Positions 13,209-22,649 of a DNA stretch of 64,000 nt are shown piece by piece; positions within the stretch are counted from its first letter, which is position 1, and the number at the start of each line of letters is the position of its first letter. The DNA comes from Marsupella aquatica. Lineage: Eukaryota > Plantae > Marchantiophyta. The stretch is taken from the NCBI GenBank assembly GCA_973895155.1, contig OZ316891.1, forward strand, positions 19,369,048 through 19,433,047, written 5' to 3'. The notes beneath the pieces were generated by a model. That model had not been told where the DNA came from and searched no databases. It saw only the letters and a list, made by a program, of their open reading frames with translations. Made by a program: the position numbers and the translations under genes.

Positions 13209-14774
13209 TCACGAAAAAATGTCTTTTTTCGAAACTTCTCATAAAACTCAAAACTCAACACCGCCGCGTAGCCCACGAAGCTAGGAGTCCAATACTGAAA
13301 GCCAAAATCAAAATCAAAATTCGACGGAAAAGTTATTCAAATTTCGGTCGGGGTGGGTAAAACCTTGGGAAACTCCCCCGTTTTGACCACCTCGGAGAAT
13401 AACCAAAATACCCAATACAACCCGTCGTCAGAATCGCGATGTGATCAGTGCGCCGCGTTGCTAACTCCAGTGGCAACGTCCTCACCGAAAAAGAACCAAA
13501 AAAGTTACCGTTCGGCGGACGGAATCTTTGTCGGACGGCCGAAAAACAGCTCTCTGTTTTTTGGGAATATTCCCGCATAGTACAGCAGGTCTCACAGGGG
13601 GCAGTTCCCCCTGTCCAAGCGGTTAAAATGGAGGGCGGCAGGTCCCGGCACATGGGACAAACTAATGAGAGGGAAAAAAAGGCTAAAAAGGGGCACTAAA
13701 GGGGGTGCTTAAGCCCCTTAAAGCCTAAAATACCCCGTAAAGGGCCGAGGGTATGAAGGGCGTATGGCCGGCATCGGGGCGGGACAAGGGTACAGCCGCA
13801 TACAAGCGGCGTAGAACCGCAAAGGGCTGGGCATACGATGATAGGGCGTGCCGCGGTAGCGACCAACACAGTATGGCGGAGGGCGTACGAGCGCGCAAAA
13901 AGCGCCAGCCAGTGTTGCGCAGCTCGTCGCCGCGGCTGAAGGATGAGGGGAAAATAAGGTGTCGGGGGGGGTCGGGCGTACAAGGGGAAACGATGGGGGA
14001 CCAAGGGCCGGGAGGGTGTGTATACACACCAAAAGTGGCCCTAACCAAAGCCAAGATTTGACTTTAAAACAAAAAAGTCGTTTACACACCTTGAACACTT
14101 GCTGACCTCTTGGAACCTCGCCGCTGCTTCTCACGAGTAAAGTGAACGCCACCGACGGGAAATGTTGCCGAATTGCACCAGCACAGTCTGCAGCTCTAGC
14201 AGAGAAAAAAAATTTCGCTGTGTCACACTCACTCCGCGTCAAGTGCCAATCCCGGACTCAAAACGACCACTTCGCCGCGATCAAACTGTTGAGCCGTAGC
14301 ACTTCGCGTTTCTTCCACCGAGTCGGACGTCACGAAGAGAAACCCGGTTCAGATGAGAACAAGCTCCATAGCTTGTGAAAAAACCTGAACGCCTCCGTCA
14401 CTCATCACGTCGCACTCGGTAACAACTCGGCAACAAATCAACTACCAAAACAATCAACTTGCTTCAACCTTCAACTTGAGCTACAACATGCGACGCCTCC
14501 CGCACCGCACAGCTCACACTGTTGAAAACACAAACTCTGGTCTCTCCCCCGAAAAACCGTCGAACACGAATAAAACCTGAATGATGCAAACTTCGATTCC
14601 TCCGCACCACGGATACCGATCAGCGAGTTCTAACCACCGTTAGAAAGCCCTCTCACTAACCTATCCGCACAGCCACACACATTCAAGTTTCATGCGACGA
14701 AACTTTGAATGTACCATCGACAATGAACGCTGAAAAAAACCTGTCACGAAAAAACCTTGTCACCTCCCAGGCAT

Positions 14775-14786
14775 GCTCTGATACCA
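14775..14786 (-). promoter_or_regulatory. Primer-binding site complementary to the 3' end of tRNA-iMet
   Basis: gctctgatacca on + (TGGTATCAGAGC on -), 2 nt inside the 5' LTR. Confidence 0.95.
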
Positions 14787-14788
14787 CT

Positions 14789-15132
14789 TGTTGAGCATAG
14801 ATGACATTCGTAACGGCAAGCCCATGAACCATCCAACGCACAATAGTCGACACAGAGAGATACGTGGTTCACCTCCACATGAGGCTACGTCCACGGGAAC
14901 ACACAAGAGCTTTACTGCACTCTAGGCCGACCGGCCATACCAAGCATCCACAGCACAAGCTCTCCCTATCTCTCAACTAGCTCCGTAACAATGAGCCTTT
15001 GTTCCACCAAGGTCTGGCATCAGCCCTGGCTATATGCACAACAGCACTACCGCTAACATTAGCTAAGTCCTAACCCGAGTTAGCTTAACTATAGTTAGCT
15101 CATGAGTCACAAGACTAGAGCAATATCTAACA
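14789..15132 (-). repeat. 5' LTR of the copia element
   Basis: Same 344-bp TG...CA unit as 8368-8711, adjacent to the PBS. Confidence 0.97.
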
Positions 15133-15574
15133 CAGCCGGTGGCCCTAGATTAATTTGCAAAACTACAGATTGAGGATCCACTCCACCGGAACATCACTTA
15201 TTTTGGGGCTAAAGCCTTTTTGGATGTGACAAGAGAAGGTATGTATGAAGGACTTGTGGGTCTCCTTTTAATTCAAATGACTTAAAATAGGAATGGACCA
15301 AGGGGCTAGAAGAAGAAACCTCCAATAGGGGTGGTCTAAAATCTAGGACAAAAGAGTCAAAATGCCATGTAAACAGGACTCACTGTACTTTATACTAGCC
15401 CCAACTACCTGTTTCAGATAGGACAATAAAAGTGTCAACAAAGAATATTCTCTATTCACATTCTTTGAAGGTTAGTGAAATTATAAAAACACCATCATGC
15501 ATGTCCTCATTTTAATAAATCATACATAACATACCATCCTCATTTCTAAGCACATCCCTCTTTCTATACACATA

Positions 15575-15745
15575 TATTATGGTGGGGCCCTACTAGAGCC
15601 CAATTTTTTTTTGTAAATAAAACTCATGAAAAAAGCATGTATGATTATCATTTGACATACATCATAGCCATGAGTTTCCACATGGTGAGCCATAGAATTA
15701 CGGTCTAGAGGCTTCACTCTAGAAGCCTAGGCCCCAACTCTAGCT
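15575..15745. repeat. Dispersed repeat (probable non-autonomous DNA element fragment), also present at ~60975-61225
   Basis: Both sites share ggtggggccc...tagaggct(t/a)cact..tagaagcc(t)ag(g/a)cccca..tctagc motifs. Confidence 0.4.
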
Positions 15746-16367
15746 TGTGGTAAGATAAACAAACCACACAACCAATTGTGGTCAGTGGACAGAAATAGAA
15801 CTCCACATTGGATCCTCTCCCCTTGAGTGACCGTTCTGATGCCACAAGCAAATTGGGAAGCAAATCACCCAAGCTTACAAGTTAAAGGGGCCAATAGATG
15901 AGGATTATGGAGCTCTATGTGGGATTCCTCTTCTTAGGAATGACCTCTCTAACAACAAACAAACCAACTATATATGTAACAAAAGGATAATGGGGACCTC
16001 GTGCTAGTGATCTATTTCATCTCCTCGTACAAAGAACTGGAGCATAGGTTTCTCCAAATGAGTTCCCAAACTCTACAATGCGCTAGTGTAGTAGTTCTCA
16101 CTTCTTCCTATCCGCCCTGTCTCCCCAAATGATAAGTGATGTCTGTCCTCAATCTGTTTCGCACTACACAGAACATCATAAGTAAATTCTCCATAGTAGT
16201 CATTTTGTTGATATTTTTGTGCTTGCATGAAAGGGCTATTGAACCCAAATCAACAGTTTCACTTTATGCACAAAGATTTAAAGTGTCTTTGTTGCTGCCA
16301 CTGCATTCTGTTAGGAAAGGAGAGTCCATAACAGAAAGTTGGGTTAAATCTAGTGTCAAATGAACTA

Positions 16368-19300
16368 TCACCTCAGCTGTTCAGGCAACTCAGAATGTAC
16401 TCTATTGTGAAATGTTAGGTCTGGGCCCTGAATGACACCTCGTCCCTTTAGCACAGCAGTGTGCACAGTTACAGTCATATCCCATCCTAGTTGAAGCTCC
16501 TGCAGCTCAGCATTTGAGAGTACCTCCCATGACGCTTGCAATCCAGGATGTATCTGCATGTGGGGAAGCTGGATTCCCAGCCGTGGCCGAGAACCCCATA
16601 TGGTTTTCTTGAACTCCAGTTTCGTACCATCGGCAAACCGAGACATCAGAAATGCAAAGGTGACTGCCATACTAAAAGAATCTCTGTAAGCTCGCCATTC
16701 AAATACTGCAGCCGAACGAGAGACTGAATTCCCAGCTTGGTATGTGAAAGAAGCATCCTGTGGCTTTCCTATGGGTACCTGAACACTTTGGGTTTTCATT
16801 TGTTGCACCTGGTATACCTCAGCAGTGGTATGTGGTTCTAGCTGCAAGCGGTAGCAGGCCTGAGCCCATGAAACTGGATGCAATTTAATCTTCATGTCCT
16901 GTACAAAAAATTGGGCGCACTTTCTCCCACACGGTTGATTTCTCTCAAAGCAGTTCCTGGTGCAAATGGTTTTGATGTCAACATCCATCTGTTCTACCAT
17001 CAATTGTACTTTTAAGCGCCCCTCGCTCCTGCTTGACCACCACAGTTTGATTGTTAAGAGTATTTTAGCTTTGATCTCAAGCCTAGAGTAGTTCAAAGGA
17101 TAACAAATTTACTTTAGGAACAACACCAACTAGTACAACAGAAGAGGGAGGAAAAGGTCCAGAAAGGACCAAACCAAAACCATAGAAAAAAAGTGTTAGG
17201 AACCACTTACACCAGGTCAGATATTACAATGAAGAAACCGAGGAAGAAACATTATGCTAATTGAAATAAGGAGAATGTTTTTTTTAATATTTTTTTAAGG
17301 AGAACGTTAAATCCTAGTTCACCCCAAATCACGAAAGCCGCCCAACTCTGATTATGTGTCAGAATCTGAAAGTCTAAATATACTAATAGTCAATATAAGT
17401 AAAGATTGAATCCTCAAGGGGTAACATACGTTGTAAGTGTGAATGCCCCTGATCAGGTGCACTAGATTTCACCTCTCTTAAAAGTCTAGGCCACCTTAAC
17501 AAAAATTTGAAAAATTTGCTAGGGCTTTTGTCTGTTATCCAGTTTCCCATGTAGCCACAGACCCCATTAGCCATTCCCATGTAGCCACATACCCCATTAG
17601 CCAGAATCTGAAGGGGATCATTGAATCAAAGGATATCTGTCAGTCAAAAATTAATCTAGGAAATTTAGATCCCACACTCTTAAAAGTTTTTTGCACTTTG
17701 AGCAAAATTTATAAGACTTTTTGACCCATTATCCAGTTTCCCACTTAGCCACGTATGCCATTAGTCAAAATCAGTATGAATGACTATTATCATTCACTCG
17801 GGAGATCTGATGGCAGATAGGCAGGACAGAGAGGGGAAGATTCTAGCATCTTCTCCTTCACACAAAACTACATTTGGCACACTGGCACAAAAACTTAAAA
17901 TTACCCACAATGGTGTACAGGTGCTGTGCATATTGCAAGGGAACTCCTATGGATGACTCAAGCTTGGTAAGGCAATGGGAGACTCTCTCATAATGTAGAA
18001 TCCTACTCAAAAATTAAAACTACAAGTGCTGCGACAACAGGGGCTTGAATTGGAGACTTCCCATTCACACCCCAGGGATTCCTCAAACGTACCATTGTCC
18101 TCTACTTTAATTCTGAAATTTAGTATATTGTTCAATCATCAGTAATAATTAGTTCAACTCGTTAAAATAGAATAGATCTACTTTTAATTTTGCAGCAAGA
18201 CAAAATAATTAATCATGCTACACATGAACATGATTAATTTGTATATACTTGGTAACATAGTGGAAGACTCTCAGAATGTCTTGTCTGATTCCGAAGTTAA
18301 AGTTTTAATTGCTGCAACAACACGGCCTTGAACAGGAGACCTCTCATTCACACCCCAGGGCCATTGAGTGTTTTTCTCTAGCTTAACTATGCAAACCAAT
18401 ATATAATTGACTCATTAGTATTAATTGATTTATTTCATTATCATGGATATAACTATTTTTATAAATTAAAATTTATTTTTTGCAAGAATAGTCATAAAAA
18501 ATTTCAATTTTCCCAGAGAGACATGGTTGAATGGTAACTAGTGAAGACTAATAGTTATTGGGTTCAAGTGTTATGACTGACTATTCTCTTTCTGTGGGGT
18601 TTCATAAATTTCTCCTTAAATTATTATTATTTAATTAAAAAGTAAAAAATATCAATTTGATTTATAAGACATCTTAAATTTTAAAATTATTTCAAAAAAG
18701 TTATAATAATTTCAAGAAATAATTTATTTTAACTTCAACTCATAGATAGAATAGATGTATTTCTACTTTGCCAAAGACAAAATCATCAATCCTATTACAC
18801 ATGAGCGAGCTACATACACAAAGCAATGGTGACGATTTCAAAACAAAACAATGGATGTAGGTTTTTTTATACCATTTTCCCCTTGGTTTTCTTTAGGTAC
18901 TCGCTTGACTTTTTTCTTGTATTCCGTTGGCCCTTTGTACCTTAATTTGTTCTCTCTTTCTCCACAGTACTCATACAAAATATGTAAAAGTAACTCCCAT
19001 AGCATACAACAGTGTCCAACTGTCCCGGATGGACTTCTGCAACCCTGTTGGCTGAGTCAAAATGTACTACTGTAATTCGCGCCCATAATAAGTTTACACC
19101 AAACCGACCCTGGGTTTCAAAGACGTAGCCTGGTTGGATGTCATTACTGCTCCAGGGAGCTTCGGCCGGAGCACTTTCATCATCTGGGCACAAAGCACGA
19201 ATTCCTTGGACAACGACACTAGTGGCTGTAATTAGTGTTAGAACACTAAGACCAGACATTTTTAGGCTTTACCATGAACTAGTGTATCTCAAACTAATTT

Positions 19301-21348
19301 TGTTCCCTATGAATTAGTGTTAAGTTGGTCTCAAAAGCTATTTTCGAAGAGACACGTGAATCAGTGTTATTTTGAATTCAAGATCACCCAGTTTTTACTA
19401 ACATTAAACACAAAAAAACTAAAATTTCAAATACAATAATTGGTGTTAGATTGGACTCAAGATCATTTTCATTAAAATTAGTGTTAGTATAACATTTAAT
19501 TTTTATATAATATTAATTATAATTTATTATATCTATAACTAATATATAATAGTCATGGAAAGCTTATATCAAAATGTGTACTAGTAACACTAGTTTGTGA
19601 ATTTGGTAATAATGCTAATTTTTACAACACTAATTATCTATAATATTAGTAACTACTATATATATTCTAATACATAATAACAATGGGAACTCTCAAGGCA
19701 TACTGGCATAGAGTGAAGCATGTACTGTAGGTGACTAACCAAAGAGTGGAGGGGCAGCGGGGGCATGTAATTGATGAACGTGTGCAAGGTTTTCCTCTCC
19801 TCAGAACTGGCAATGGGCTGGTTCCGTAAAATGTCAAATCCTGATGTTCAGGTTCATAAACCTTCAAAGACAAGCATGCGAAGGCAAGCGACGTGATTGC
19901 AGGTCTCATCGATTCGCAAGTTTTTCGATTTTACTGAACCACTTTCATAAATTAAAATCGAAATCGAAATCCGTAAAATACGTAAAATTTCGATTCGATT
20001 CCGTAAAATCGAATGGGCTGGGTCCGTAAAATGGGCTGGTTCCGCAAAGTGGAATTCGGAGCTGGACACTACTGTAATCGCACCACCACCTACGACCGCT
20101 CAAATCGAGCTGCGCTGGGGACAATCGACACAAGTTACTCAAGGAATGACACAACATAATCCAAGGAATGCTCTCTCGATTGCAGCCATTTTTACAGAGT
20201 CGCGATGGTTCATAAACATTTTAAGTCACACGCGAAGGCATGCCACGAGATTACAGGTCTCGTCAAGTCGCACACGAAGCACCACAGTAACTTACAGTCG
20301 CTTGTGCTTCTGCGCGCTGGAATTCGGAGCTCGACATCAGTCTGTAATCGCACCACAACCTACAACCTCACAAATCGGAGCTGCTCTTTGGACAATCGAC
20401 ACAACACAACCGAAGAAATGGTCTCTTGAATTGCACCCATTTTGACAGTGTTGCAATATAAGAACGTTGCAGTGTCTCCTCACAGAATGAACTAACAGAT
20501 ACTAAGAAAAGATCGCACTTTCAATTAGACAGAATGATGGTCGGCACTGTACCTGGTAAAATCTACTTTCATAAAGATGTCCATGGAAACTTCTCCCTGA
20601 ACTCCCGCCGAAGTGATAGCACGGGGTTCAAGTCGCACCTTCAGCTCCCGGCCGTTCCCCTCGTTGTAGTTCCGTAAGTGCAATTCCTCTCCATAGTCTG
20701 GAGCAGCATCGGACGAATGTGTTAGCTACTGCCTTCTCTATTTTGACAACCTGACTATTTTGACAACCTGCCAGAGACCAATGTCGGAGAACTACCTGCG
20801 ATGTTCACCAACTGAGCCAAGATTGTAGATGGAAATCTGCATAACTGCCTTGTGAGCCAGGGGGCGAATTTTGTCGCAGGCGGGGTGATACCTGCGAGAA
20901 CCACAAGAAGAGCCGACAACCTGTATGAGTGCGTTGTGAGCCAGCAAATGAAATTAATTGCAGGCTGGGTGAGTCAGACACTCGATCAAACAAAGACAGA
21001 GACAAGTGCATGCAATTGAACAAAACAATCACAGAAGATTATGCAAACGCGACCGCTTCATCACTGCTGGGCATTAGTACAAATTTACTCCGGCATTGGA
21101 AATTCCTGCAAGCCGCCTCCAATTGGTGTGCTCGTAGTCGAATGCTTACCCTGAGCCTGGGGTCCAGAATTGCGGGCGACAATCGCGCTGTCTTTGTCCA
21201 CCGCGGAGACACTAGCAATCTTCCATTGCCCACGAAATTTGAAACAAAGTCCCAGGATTATTAGCACCGGAGCAATCACCACAAGAGTGATTCCCAGGAT
21301 AAAGGCACCGGAGTCATCGTACCGATCGACAAGCATTCTGCTATCCAT
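16368..21348 (-). CDS. Uncharacterised multi-exon gene: N-terminal single transmembrane helix plus beta-rich domain(s); last exon resembles a beta-pore-forming toxin domain
   Basis: Phase-compatible exons 21348-21150 (ATG; TM helix GAFILGITLVVIAPVLIILGLCF; donor G|gtaagc), 20891-20796 and 20697-20553. Probable but ambiguous exons at ~19817/19806-19740/19727 and ~19225-19010. Terminal exon 17028-16368 is 220 open codons behind a cag acceptor. Confidence 0.62.
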
Positions 21349-21378
21349 CTCGCTTCAGCAGAATATTTACACAGATTA

Positions 21379-21804
21379 TCACGGTTCAGCACTGTGCGGA
21401 CACGGATTTTCGTATCGGCCACTTTTTTCCCGGGAATCCGTCGCTGACCGCAACCGGAAGCAGCACCGCAGACAGAAAGAGGTGGAACAATGTCAAGTTG
21501 TTGGTGCTCCGCGCTCAGTTTGGTGCTTGTCGAATTCGCTGTTCCTGCTTAGTGCTGTTCTTGACCCTCAATCCTTGGAGCACTTGACGAGCGGAAAAAA
21601 GAGTTGTTCCTGCTCAAGTGTAAGTCTCAATCCTTGGAGTTGCGGTAAAAAAACGAGGCCCGGAACTATCCCTTTCGGTCACGGTTCAGCACTGTGCGGA
21701 CACGGATTTTCGTATCGGCCACTTTTTTCCCGGGAATCCATCGCTGACCGCAACCGGAAGCAGCACCGCAGACAGAAAGAGGTGGAACAATGTCAAGTTG
21801 TTGG
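21379..21804. repeat. 126-bp direct repeat (21379-21504 and 21679-21804, 1 mismatch) just upstream of the uncharacterised gene
   Basis: tcacggttcagcactgtgcggacac...aatgtcaagttgttgg repeated at a 300-bp offset. Confidence 0.92.
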
Positions 21805-22286
21805 CACTGCGGGAGCCCTGCATTACATTGACTCCAGCATTAGACCAAAACAAACAAAACCTGCACGGCTACATAGTCCCCAAGCCTACTAGAACGGATC
21901 GGAATTGCTGCTTTCTACGCAGCCTGTCTTTGAAACTGGTGTCCAACGAGAAGGAACGGGCTCACAACTTTAGAAGGTATTTGTGGTTCGTGGTTGTATA
22001 GATGCTGCTCGTGGTCCACAACCGCCTACTTAGGAAATGATTGAACATTTTCAAAATTGAGAAGAGAATAGAGCTGAGAATCCACCTTCTTCCTTGCGTT
22101 GCGGAGAGCCGAGAAACTTTCCCTCAATTCATTCCGGTTTGGACCTCGCTCTTGGCTGCTCGTCCGCTGCTCCGTGCTCAGTTTGGTGCTCGTCGAATTC
22201 GCTGTTCCTACTTATGTAGTGCTCAAGTCTCACTGATTTTGCCTCTGTTTTTGCCTCACGTTTTTGCCTCGAAAGAACGCACTGAG

Positions 22287-22649
22287 AGTTTTGGTGCGTT
22301 CGCCAGTAGCTTTGGTGAGAACCAACTCGCTTTGGTTCGTTGGCCAGTAGCTTTGGTTGGCCAGAGGATGAGCCTAGAACCTAGAGATCCCAGGTTCAAT
22401 CCTCCCTCCACACATAGGGGTGTGGAGGGTATATGTGTGGGGTGTAGTGGTGAGAGTATTGATTATCTTCTCAACCCTGGTTGTCCACTTTGGGTTCTGG
22501 TTTTCCTTTCCTCTCTCTCTCCTGGTCTGGTCCCTGTCGGATCCCTGGGTATTATCTTCTTGTGGTTACCCTACTTAGAAATGCATACTCCAAAGCAAGA
22601 CGTTTATCCTGTGTTGGATGGGCCTACTTTCGATTTTCAAGGCAAAAAA
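22287..22649 (+). mobile_element. tRNA-derived SINE with a 16-bp target-site duplication
   Basis: TSD gaaagaacgcactgag at 22271-22286 and 22650-22665. A-box-like TAGCTTTGGTTGG (~22348), B-box GGTTCAATCC (~22393), short A tail (caaaaaa). The paralogous site at ~24950-24990 lacks the insert. Confidence 0.8.

Larger units (their letters stand above)
8368..15132 (-). mobile_element. Full-length Ty1/copia LTR retrotransposon
   Basis: Two 344-bp TG...CA LTRs, PBS TGGTATCAGAGC, PPT AGGGGGAGTT, and a gag-PR-IN-RT-RH domain order on the minus strand. Confidence 0.98.

Noticed and set aside
13333-14378. Many overlapping ORFs in the copia leader (possible extra or env-like ORF)
   Set aside because: Explained by GC-rich low-complexity sequence; no TM or domain signature.
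18028-18370. Two tRNA-like segments on the minus strand (also ~53470-53530)
   Set aside because: Only degenerate B-box-like motifs and no cloverleaf; at most old SINE heads, not tRNA genes.
18942-19259. Apparent signal peptide MSGLSVLTLITATSVV
   Set aside because: These codons come from the adjacent AT-rich taacact repeat and a ttacag acceptor; more likely an internal exon of the larger gene.
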